From Octopus sinensis (taxonomy: Eukaryota), in the NCBI RefSeq assembly GCF_006345805.1, contig NW_021832221.1, positions 248,001-281,000 of the forward strand: a DNA stretch of 33,000 bases, in the 5' to 3' direction. Under the pieces are notes generated by a model. It made no database searches. It worked only from the letters and a program-made list of their open reading frames with translations, and was not told the DNA's origin. The position numbers and the translations under genes are program-made. Positions 11,128 to 22,084 of this stretch are shown in pieces; position 1 is the first letter of the stretch; each line of letters starts with the position of its first letter.

Positions 11128-11920
11128 TTACTTTTGTTTGTATATTTAATGCATTTAATGGATTCATTTTATTATCGTTTTTAATGAAAAGCAACGGCAA
11201 ACATGTCGTGACTCGTCTAAATTAGTTCTTTGAAATCTCTTAGTAATTTATTGATATTTAAATACTCTTGTGCATAATGGTTGCATGAGATTTAATCAAT
11301 TATCAAAATACACTTTACAGTCACATCTAATAGTTTGGAGTGCACATTTCTGAGGAGGTGAGGTTTATTTTTAATGGCAGACTTGATATTTCCAGTTGGG
11401 GGACTTTTATCATTTGCTTTTGTATTTTATTCGACATTAAATAAATTAAATTCTTACGCGTCTGTAAATTATTTCTTCTCAGTGGACAATAAATCAATCA
11501 CGCAATAAAAGATAAAATTGTTAAAGATTTTCTTCAAAAAATTTCTATAAAGTACAAAAAGAGGAAGAGTAAGGCACTGTATCACGAATAAAAAACAGTC
11601 TTTATTTTTTGATTCCTCATCCCGAGAATGAACTTGTTGAAAAACAGGTTGAACCCCGAAAAGACGGAAAATACTTTTTTAGGCACAAGACTTTTTACAC
11701 CGATTATGATTAGTTTCATTAAATATTGAATAAAACAGAAATTAAAAAAATAAAAGAAGTTTTGTTTACTTTCATTTTTGAGGCACACCTCTGCATCCCC
11801 TGACCATTACAACTGCCAATAAAGTACTTTTGGTTCGCCAAACCGGACTGTAATAATTTATATTTTATTTTAATGTGATTAAAAATAAAAAAATAATAGA
11901 CATATTCATATAAAATATTT

Positions 11921-11934
11921 TTGGTGTCCGTATG
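11921..11934 (+). promoter_or_regulatory. Candidate core-promoter or 5' leader motif TGGTGT just upstream of ATG (also 13383-13389, 4386-4392, 6028-6034)
   Basis: ttggtgtccgtATG (SHQ1), ttggtgttccaattcttgtttgtATG (MYPT), gtggtgtATG (RPAP2). Only a few independent genes. Confidence 0.35.
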
Positions 11935-13276
11935 ATTATCCCACGTTTCTGGCTTAAACAAGACGACAAATTTATTTATATAAATGTAAAAATAATGCGC
12001 TGTTACATAAAAAATACGGAAATCGTTATCCCCGATGAGAACACATTCATATTCAGTTCCGACCCATACTTTCTCAGACTTAATTTCCGCAACCAAATAA
12101 AAAGAAAAGACGAGGACGAATGTGATTGCTCTTATGATGCCGACCAAGGTCACTTGCTTAAGTTTATAAAACAGGAGTATTGACCTTCTCAGTATTAAAG
12201 AAACAAAAATCTGAATTTTTTGACGACTTGGAAATGCTGACATTCCTCATGACCCCGCCGGATATCCCCCTACCCAAAAGACCGGGGATCGAAGAAATCG
12301 ACGGCCAGGAATCCGACCACGAGGAAATATGTGTAGGAATCCGCCACCCAAATTCCTACGGATTCGCATTTCGGCGAAACGTTCAGAGTGATGGAGACTT
12401 TTTCCTAAAAGTACAAAGTTTGGAGTATTTAGGACGACTTTGGTGACATTTTTGACAAATCTTGTATTTTTATCAGCCAGGAGGAGCGGGAGAGAATAGA
12501 AAATTCACATTTCAACGATTCGCATTATTTGTATGTTGAATAACTGGTTATCCCTCAGGGCAGATCTGCTGGACCAGGATAACGAAATTGCCGACCTTCT
12601 AAAATATGCCCAGCCCGAATGTGACGAGGACAGCCTGTTAGAATTGAAGGATCTGCCGAAAAGAAGCTGTAATTGTTATCCCCATAACAGACCTCCTGGA
12701 CGGCGAGGAGGAGAACTGGGCGTGTTGTGGATTAGTGGATGTACTTCTCGCCTATTGCTACGAGGATGTGGTGACTGGGGGCCATTTTAGTGTTGAGGTT
12801 GTCCTTTTATTCTCAGGTGGAGTCTCCGTGGACTATTGTCAGACTGGCAGCCACATTGGGGTGTCTGGTGAGACATGAGACAGTGGGGGACGTCCTTCGG
12901 TCATTCACTCGCCGTTGTTTGTGTTATCCGCTTTATCGAAGTCTCAAGTTGATATCATTTGTACGGACTCGTGTGGCCGAGTTGCTCAAATGTATGTTTG
13001 GGGATTTATTTTAGGCAAGAAGAGTCTGGTTAGTAGTCTTATCCGACTGCGGTCTATTCTGAGGAGTGATAATTACAACGTGCTGAATGATTTGTATGTG
13101 GATGATTACTGTGTGTGGACTCAGTCCTTGAAGAGTGGGCGACTGGCTGATTTGGCGAAGGAGTTGTCGGAGGTTTATTATGGGGATGGACTGGGTAGGT
13201 TGTGTTGGAGACGGAGGATATTGGCCTCCACATTCCAGAATTACAAATCGCCGCATCTCTCATTCTCCAAGAGTAG
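11932..13276 (+). CDS. SHQ1: SHQ1, H/ACA RNP assembly chaperone
   Basis: N-terminal CS domain MIIPRFWLKQDDKFIYINVK...PYFLRLNF...SYDADQG|VLTF...FFDDLEMLTFLM, then FNDSHYL|ADLLDQD, RRCLCYPLYRS, LNDLYVDDYCVWTQ and LADLAKELSE|VVLETEDIGLHIPELQIAASLILQE*. All are colinear with remembered SHQ1. Confidence 0.9.
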
Positions 13277-13405
13277 ACTGCCTTGTTATTGCTTGTTTAT
13301 AAATTGTTTTATTGTTTATGCTACATTGAAAGAATAAATAAAATTACGATTAAGTTATTTAAAATATTCAGATAATAAATTCTTGGTGTTCCAATTCTTG
13401 TTTGT

Positions 13406-15220
13406 ATGCCACATCAATCTAAAAACCGAAAAGTGGCCTTCTCGAAAGAAATCATGTTCTACTCAGCCTGCCAATCCAAGGATTTCGAAGACATTGAGAA
13501 CTACCTGAATGCAGGGGCTGACATAAACTATCGCAGTACTTCATCCCTCACTGCTCTCCATCAGGTGCCCTCCCCCACTCCACTCCAGGCCTGTATTGAT
13601 GAGAATTTGAGTCTCGTCCGCCTGTTGATCCACAGAGGAGCCGATCCTTCCGTGAAGGACGAGGAAGGGTGGACTCCCCTCCATGTGGCTGCCTCCATCA
13701 ACAATTTCGAGATAATTCAGTTACTCCTTCACTTAGTCGGAGATTTAGGCTTACTTAAGATTCCTCGTCGAGCACGGGGGGTCTTGTGTCTCTGATATCA
13801 ACTACGATGGGGAATTCCCTCTCGACATGACCACTGATTCCCAAATCGAGGACTTTCTCAGGGCTAAAATGACCTCCCAAGGTATCCCTCTCAGTCCCAT
13901 CTGTTCAGGTGTGGATAGAGAACAGATTCTGGCCAAAGAGCACTCTCAAATGCTGAGGGACGCCCACAAATTGGGTGAATTGGGGGGGAATATGCCGTGT
14001 GACCCCCAGACGGGTGCCACTGCTTTGCACGTGGCCTGTGCGAAGGGATACATCGACGTGATCGAGTTGTGGGTGGGGGTGATTGTAGGGCGTTGTTGAG
14101 TGGGGGGGCGGACTTGGACGTGGAGGACAACGACGGGTGGACTCCCCTCCATGCGGCAGTCCACAATAACCGTGTGGCCGCGGTCACTTTGCTTATAAAT
14201 GCGGGAGCCGACACTACGATTCGATCGAAAATGGTATTTGGGTGTGAATATTGAAGGGGGAGAGCCAGAGGGATTTGGGGGAGGGCGATTTGGTCAAAAT
14301 AATCGACGATCTGATAGTGAAAAACGTATTTAAGTTGTTATGACGAGTAGTACCAACTGCGGAAGGACAGAGAATTGCAGAAAAAGCAGTACAATACGAA
14401 AAGAGAGTTTTAGACATTTTTTGTCGCGATATTCAGAAAAGCAGAAGACGGAGATAAAGGCAATGGACAACACGAACGAATTGAATCACATCCAGTCGTG
14501 CATTGCCGAGTTCGACCCCTCCTCGGACAAGTCTTACTTTTCCCTGGCTTCAGTCGAGCCAATAAGTTCCATCAGGGTGGACTCGTTGTGTCATTTCAGT
14601 CAAAGGGACTTCGCCATCGACTCAGAATGCTCGACCAATTCCACCGAATTGTAGAGACGGACGATTCCCTCTTCTCCCCTCGACTCAAGTCCCCCGAGTC
14701 CCCTAAGAAAGAGTCAGTCGACGTGGAGACTAAAACGTGGTGACATGTTGTATATTTCTAGGTCGAAGGGGAAGAGAATGACTGTGCAGGTTCAGTCGAG
14801 TCGGCCATTTCTAGGAAGTGTTGGACAAGTGCATGGACTTGCCTCCCACCGACAAAATACAGGACGAGGATGCCTGTTTTCAGCGTAGTGTCTCGACTAA
14901 TGTTAAGTCACGAATTCCGTTCCCTACAGAATGCGGTTTTTGGTGAAGGATGCGGAGAAGGAGACCGATTGTGGGAGATGCAGTCGACTGAGGATGGAGT
15001 TGGATCAACTACGGGCGGACAATGACTTGATCAAGACACAACTCAAGTCACGCACGTCGGAGGGGAGTAGAAAGGCTGATGTGAGGATTGGTTTGTGTGG
15101 ACTGAGTAGGAACAATTGACTGAAATGGTCGATTATTTGGACAGAATTTGTCGTTTGGAGGACGAGAATCAACGATTGACAGCAGAGAATGACAGATTGC
15201 GTTCAATGCTTTTTCAGTAG
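13406..15220 (+). CDS. PPP1R12A: PP1 regulatory subunit of the PPP1R12/MYPT (myosin phosphatase targeting) family: ankyrin repeats and C-terminal coiled coil
   Basis: KVAF (RVxF PP1-docking motif), then GADINY...LTALHQ|ACIDENL...DEEGWTPLHVAAS, TGATALHVACAKGY and DNDGWTPLHAAVH. C-terminal coiled coil LEDENQRLTAENDRLRSML, TAG at 15218-15220. Central exons are approximate and paralogue identity is uncertain. Confidence 0.85.
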
Positions 15221-15759
15221 TTTATTTAATTAGCCCTTTTGAATAGTGGATGCTTTATTTTTATGCTGTTTCTGGTTATTTTCACATTTCTAATTCATGC
15301 TGAGTTAAATAGACAAAATGTAATGATTTAATGGAATCCATAAATTATCACTTCTTATTGTTCTTCTGTTTGATCTTAAAGTGGTTAGCTGCTTCATGAA
15401 TAGACCATATTGTTTACAAAATCGATTAGAATCGAATAAAGGTTAAGTATTAACCATTTTCACTTTAATCTACAATCGGAATCTTGCATTAATTCGACAA
15501 CACGCAGTTCACAATTGTTTTTCCACTAAATATTTATACCAGGCATCCACAAATTAGACTGGTTCTTGGAGGGACAAAATAATAATTTAACTTTTCGCAG
15601 TACACTAAGATTGGTCAGACTCTCAAACAACGTTTCACTAAACAACGTTTCCGAGAACCTTTTCTTCTTAACTCTTAGTTTCGATTAAGATTAAGTAAAT
15701 CATGGTTCATAAATCGAACTTACCTTTCAAAATTAGCTATCAACAAAAACAGTCAATGA

Positions 15760-17600
15760 CGAGTTTTTTTGAGTTGGACCGGAGCGTTTGTTATCGTGCG
15801 ACCAACGTTTGGTTAATCTGTGGACACTTTGTTGGACCTTTTCGATTCACCTCCTGTCGGACCACGATAACCGCAGGCGTAGGAAATGAACGGTTCAAAG
15901 TATTGACGGTAAATATTCGTCAGTACCGGGTGGGAACCGTTTTTCCATAAACAGGATAGACTTTTGAGTACGTTCATTTTTTTTCACATTTACGAAGAAG
16001 GTTGTCTACGTGCGGGGAGAAGGAGAGGAGCATGTCGAAGGTTACCTCTAAAACCGTCTGACTTCTGTAGAAGGGTACGGACACATTGTTCAACTTCAAG
16101 TTGACCGAAGCCCTTCCCAATCTTTTATCAGATGTGAAAAGGAACGTGGCGGACGCGTTTACCACGAATCGGTTGTCAGTTAGTCATAGGTTGAGCCAAT
16201 CCAAGTTACCTTGGAGCCTTTCAGAGGCCTTCTGGGTATCCCGGTCCCTCGAGGCTAATACAATGTTGTCCGCATATGAAAGGACAATATCATTATTGAG
16301 GTCTTCCAGGAAAAGGTTGAAAAGGGCCGGGGATAAGAGGGATCCCTAGGGTACTCCGTTGGGCAGGAGACAAGACGTGGACTTCAGGCCTCCGAGGCAA
16401 ACCCTTCCCCTTCGTCCACTTAGGAAACTGGTGATTCATAGTTTGAGTTTTGGCGGAAATTTAGTTTGAAATATCTTCCTTGATAGGAGCTTCCTCAAGA
16501 CAGAGTCGAAGGCTTTGTGGATGTCTAAGAAGCAAAGCACGGCTTTTGGTGCCTCGGTTTGCTTGAAAAGTCGGTACAATTGAATTCCGTCAATGACTGT
16601 AAGTATGAAGACGTGGACTTTGCCTTTTTGAACCCAGGTTGGAAAGGCCTTTCTGGTAAGAATTCTTGTATTCTTCAAAGAACCATCCTTTCTAGAATTT
16701 TTGACATGGAGCATAACAGGGAAACCGGCCTGAAAGATGCCGGGTCGTCTCTTGGTCTTTCAGGTTTCAGTATCGGCCTTATTAGAGCCTGTTTCCATCA
16801 GACGGAATCACATTATGGTTGACCCAGTAGTTGAAGATATCCGTTTGAAACGTGACTCCTTCCACACCAAGATTTTTTAATAGAATGACCTGATTTTGTT
16901 TGGGCCGTAAAAATATAACGTTTTTGTGGAGTGCAAAGTATCCACAACCTCTTTTACTGAGTGGTGGAAAGATTCCGCTTGTTTCTTTAGGCTTCTGATT
17001 GAGAGAGGCGAATCTGATTTCCTGTTCTCCTTGTGTGCTGTTTTCGCGGAGAATTTGATGAGGATGTTCACGTCTTTTTGATCATATTCTTTAACAATTT
17101 CGGTAGCGTCTCCCTTGGCCACGTCCACAATTCTCCCGTTGAACGATTACGGTTTACGGCTGTAAGAATGCAATTCCATTTCAAACAAGTGTTTCTGTGT
17201 TCACTAGTCTTCAATTTCTTGTTCAATGATCTGATAAAGATCATTATATCAGAAGACATTTGGTTTGATTTCTTGAGGCAATTTCTTTCCTTGGTCAGGC
17301 CGGATCTTCTTCGGCTACAAGCAGCGTGAGGTTGACATTTCGGTATAACCATTGCTCTTGCTTCCAGAATAATTTTCGAGAAAAGCCAATGGCCTTATCA
17401 AGAGAGCTGAAGTTGTGTAGATTGCAATTCTTTAGTTTCGAGTTCAAAATCTCCTAGGACCGTGGCCAATTCGCCGAATTGTAATTGTATGAAACAGGAA
17501 CTTTCGTGTTGACAACTTCCCGTTTGATCTCTACCGCGATCGGATTGTGGTCGCTTCTCGTCTCATAGAGGACTGACCACTCCGTTGTCGATAGGTTAAA
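15760..17600 (-). mobile_element. Degenerate, 5'-truncated non-LTR retrotransposon (LINE; AP endonuclease and reverse transcriptase ORF2)
   Basis: Minus-strand fragments in order: SDHNPI...YNYNSANW (end of APE domain), AVLCFLDIHKAFDSV, GVP*GSSLSPALFNLFLEDL, SYADNIV, LEVTFDMLLSFSPHV, NIYRQYFEPFISYAC. Multiple stops and frameshifts; ends approximate. Confidence 0.85.
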
Positions 17601-18391
17601 ATTCATAAACGGTAAAAAAATATGAACGATGATTCACTCAAAAAGAAAAGATTAACTAAACTATACTTTTTTACGATAGAGTTGTCGGTTCCGTGAAATC
17701 AAAACGAAAGTTTTACATTTGGCGTTCATGAAGTGAATCACGGAAGAACCGTATGAGCCAAATTCAATATGCAGTTTTCTCAAAAATCTGAAATTAAACC
17801 AAATTCCTCCTAAAAGTAATCAGCCTCCTAATGTACAGATGTTATTGAAAGATTGAGAAAATCCTCTGCTTCATGTATATTTTCCTGAAACGCATGAAAG
17901 AAAATTTTAATTTCAGGCATTCGTTAATAAGAAATCTTCAAAAAACTGAAAATTGACAGATTTGTGTAAAACTTGTATGCATTTTGCCTACTCAAATCCA
18001 ATTCGAGAGATTAATCCTCATTTTAGGATTCTTCAAAGTGCGTCTACTAATATCTCTACACCACTTTCTCAAACCCATCAATTTAGTTAAGGTTGAAGAA
18101 TCTGGAAAGATATCCTAAAAAGTCATTGTTGTGATTTTAGGACAAAAATCACAGCCCCTGTTTACAGCCCAAATTATTTGATTCAGTTTCTTAAATTTAT
18201 TTCTTTAACGAGTCTCTAATAGTTGTACAGACAAAAAGGTCTGTTGCTGCTAGTTTTTAGGTTGCCCTACCCTGGTAGTGTTTATTACACCATCCTTTAA
18301 TGCACACAGCATAATTTCCCTCACTTACATCATAAAACAAGTTTGAGTAAATGCACAATCAAAAACCAATTAGTGAGTGTTAGTGGATTAA

Positions 18392-18922
18392 TCAAGCCAA
18401 CGCTTTATTGAGCTCATCATAGCACATTTGAGATATTGTGGCTTCGGCCCGTTCAACGTCGTCTTTGGCATTGTTCAGATCAGTGAGGGATTGTGCCAGC
18501 CCATCCCTCACAGCCTGACAATAAACATTCACTATCAATACTTGTTTGTCAATTCTTTCGAGAGGACACAACTCCTCGGCCAAAATGCGCACAGCTCCCG
18601 TTCCTGTCACTGTCAAGGTCCCACTGCTCACTAGCAAAGTCAGGAGGCTCATTGGGGTACCAAAATATTTGACCGTCTCCCCGTTATCCTTGTGCACTGA
18701 GAGGACACCCGGGCGAAGAACACCTAAAATTGGCACGTGTTCTGCCAGGATTCCCAGATCTCCGTCTACAGTAGAGACGTCTACTTGTTTGATGGATTCT
18801 GATTTGAAATAAATCTTAATTATAGATTAAATTGAAACTTCATTCGGGGAACTAAGAGTGAAGGCCATTTGTGAGGCTCTCCGAACAGACCGAAGGAAAA
18901 TACCAATTGCGGGCGCAAACAT
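18392..18922 (-). CDS. ATP5F1D: Mitochondrial ATP synthase F1 delta subunit
   Basis: MFAPAIGIFLRSVRRASQMAFTLSSPNE|IYFKSESIKQVDVSTVDGDLGILAEHVPILGVLRPGVLSV...KYF|VSSGTLTV...ILAEE. Introns of 24, 30 (18631-18660) and 27 nt (18515-18541); TGA at 18392-18394. Confidence 0.93.
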
Positions 18923-19673
18923 ACTCACAAGAAATTAACGATAGGTCCTGTTTTATTTTAAATTTATTTTCAATATAAATACTTTATATTTAACAAATTG
19001 AAGAAAGCCTTTTACTCTATATTCTATGTCTGTGTATGAAAAATACTGACTTAAATGTTGAAGAACGTCCAGGGTGACTAGTACTCGGAAATCATTTTCT
19101 TGATTTAAGGAATGCTGTGTTTACTGCTTGAATTTGCTCGAATAAAGCCTGCTGTAAATGAAAAGTGCAGAGAACTATGAATTCCAAGGAAATTCTAGTT
19201 TTCCGTGTTTACTCTAAGAGAAAATAGTTTTTCACAGTCGACATAAATATATCAATTGATTTGTTTAACTTTAACAAATAATCATAACAATATTATTCTT
19301 TGCAAAATATTGACCGAATCAAAATCCAAAACAAAGCGGAGGATAGGATCTTAAAATACCCTTTATTATTAAAGGACCACTTTTCACATCAATTTCAATG
19401 GAGATCTCAGGATTATTCAGAAACATTCGGTTTTTTTCAAGAGATTACTAGACTGCCAAATTATTCAAGAGAAGTAAGATCACTGAAAGATAAAAAGACT
19501 CTTCGAGGGGATTGCGGCGTCTTTCCCGGATCAACTCAATTTTTGACTTTTTCGGCTTAAAATTATTTAATTATTAAACAAAAAGACAAAAATAGTTGGA
19601 CAATTTTGCTTTAAAGAGCAAAAGAATTTAATGTTAATTTGACATTTGTGTTAATATAATTAATTTCGTGATA

Positions 19674-21160
19674 TTATTCAATAAAATCAGGAATTTCCAC
19701 ATTTCTTAATTTTGCTGCCTTCCTTGATGCTAAACATTTTTCCCTTAAAATAAATATTGATTGATTGTTGTTCTTTATTTCGTTTAGGAGCTGTTCCTTT
19801 AACAAAATTAATGAATGCAAAATGTTCTTTCCTGATTTTAGTTCTGATTCCATATTTTCCTGTTGTTTTGATATTGAACAAGAATTATTTTGCAGCCTTT
19901 AAATATATGTTACTTTAATACTTGTTTTCTAATCTATCGTAAAAATTTTCAGTTTTTAGCCGACTTAAATGAAATGACATTTTTGCGTCGATAAGTCTCT
20001 GAGGTCTGACTAGTTCCGTTTTTGACCGAGAAAGGGAGATATAAGATGTTTCGAGTGCACCGATTTGCACAAGAACCTATTTATGATGAGGTTTTAATGA
20101 AATACATCATCTAGTTGACTTTTAGTGTTTTTGCGTGAGTTTACCATTTTCTGAATCAGCAGTGAGATTGCATCATTTGTGGAATTCCAGTGAGATATAA
20201 GTTTCTTGAATGAAAAATATATTTGTTTATTTGTGTTCTTTGCCATTAATTTTACAGCAAAGATTTCAGTAAAAGAATTGTCAATGATTGATTGTATTTC
20301 TTTGACCCATCTATTTTTTGAAAGTTGAGAATTTTTGGTGAATTTGTTGAGCGAATCACTAATGTGGGCTATTTTGTTACAAAAGTCGTCTATATTGTAG
20401 GCAGAAGTCTTGCTATATATTTCGTTTTTTAATATATTTGACATTTTATGAACTTGCCTGAACTTTAATTTATAAATATAACCCTATTTTTGTATTTATT
20501 TTAGCAGAGACATTTTGGAATTCCTTTTGAATCGTTTCTACGAGTTCCGATTCCTAAAATAAAAAATAATTTTTATTTAATTTTTTTGACAGTAATTATA
20601 TTGCCTATTGTTATAATACACTCCATAATAACCTTCAAAATTGTATTTACAACTTCCTCATGGTTAAAATTTTTTGATTTTATGTTTTGAATCCAAGATA
20701 GGCAGTTACTGGTTACTTGAGCTGGAATATTTATTTGTTGGAGGCTAAAGCTTAGTTGGATATCTGTATCCAGTAATAAATCTCTGGCATGGTTAAGCAA
20801 TTTTAAATTATTTTGAAGTTCCAAGTTCCAGTGAGATATTTCTTCAAGTCTGGAATCAAATTCAGATTTTAATTCGGAATATATGTTATTACACATGTTC
20901 ACAGACTGATCATTCAACTGGAGAGAAGTTAATTTGAATCCTTCTGCATTTCGAATTGTCTTCTCAAATGGACTAGTTTCTTGCTTATATGGGGAATTCT
21001 ATAATTATTTAATCATTTTACAAACTGAAAGGTTAATTTGCGGCAAAAAATCTACTAAAGATTTTTTCTCATTGTTTCTGTTCCATAATGTTTTTTGTCT
21101 CATTTGATCAAAATTAAAGGTAGTATACGAGCGGACAAGAGGATTGGAGAGATTGCTCAT
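19674..21160 (-). CDS. Divergent tektin (ciliary microtubule inner protein)
   Basis: Spliced frame gives FDSRLEEISHWNLEL...IPAQVTSNCL...HEEVVNTILK|ESELVETIQ...SKTSAYNIDDFC...NNQSIFILREKCLASRK, colinear with the tektin pattern (RL.DI.FWK.EL; LLKE.E.I; K..AY.ID..C; NSLFID..KC...R). Subfamily not assignable; start codon inferred. Confidence 0.8.
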
Positions 21161-22084
21161 TATGTAAATTTTTTTTGTTTTGTTGTTGAAATAAGCTTTT
21201 AAATTATTTTTTAAATTGTTCGATAAGTTGCTTTATGACAGCTAAAAATATTTTATTGTAAGTAATCTCACAATCAATTTATATCCAAATTGATTTATAT
21301 GACCTTAATAAACTTGAATTTTACAAAATCAAAAAAATGATGAAAATATTTCTGCTCATTAGTACAAAAATTTTAGTCTATAATTGCATTCTCTGAATTG
21401 TCTTTTGAATTGGCAATTTTGTGGGCGTCATATAAATTAAAACATATTTTTAGTTCGAAAAGTCAAACTATTTGAAAGGATAAAAATCAAGAATTTATTT
21501 TACGTCATGATACGTCTTTATCGAGATACATTTATACACGTAAATTTTATCATTTCAGAGAAAACTATAGCGATTGAATTTAAATTTTTTTAATGGTCTA
21601 TAATTAAAATGAATTTCAAATCAACTTTTCAGGAATTTTTTAGGTGTTTTTTAAATACGTGTTCACTTTTTCATTATTATTTTGTTAGAAATTTTAAATG
21701 CTAGACAGATATTTTAATCATTGTTAAAATTAGTTCATTTTCAACGATTTTTTTAGAATAATAAAGTTATTGTGTTATCTAAGCCTAAAGAATTATTGTG
21801 GAATTATTTAAATAGTTGCACAAAAATTGTACTTCAATATCAAATTTTTGGTCAATAATTTAAGATTTATTGTTGTTTTCATTATTACAAAAAACCACAT
21901 TTAATAAAATTTTCATTTCACAGTGGTTTTAAATACCTCTGTGAATAGATTTTCACTGACAAATATGGATTTATTTTGATTTTATGATTACGTTTGTAAT
22001 ACTGTTAATAATTGCAGATGGATTGAACTAATCTATATATTCTAATTATAATGTACTTATCTTCTTTTAACAGATAAATCAATA

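Noticed and set aside
11719-12243. 174-aa hydrophobic minus-strand ORF
   Set aside because: Antisense to the SHQ1 5' end and AT-rich spacer; composition reflects low complexity.
19300-19560. 86-aa plus-strand ORF between ATP5F1D and tektin
   Set aside because: No recognisable motif or splice context; cannot be supported.
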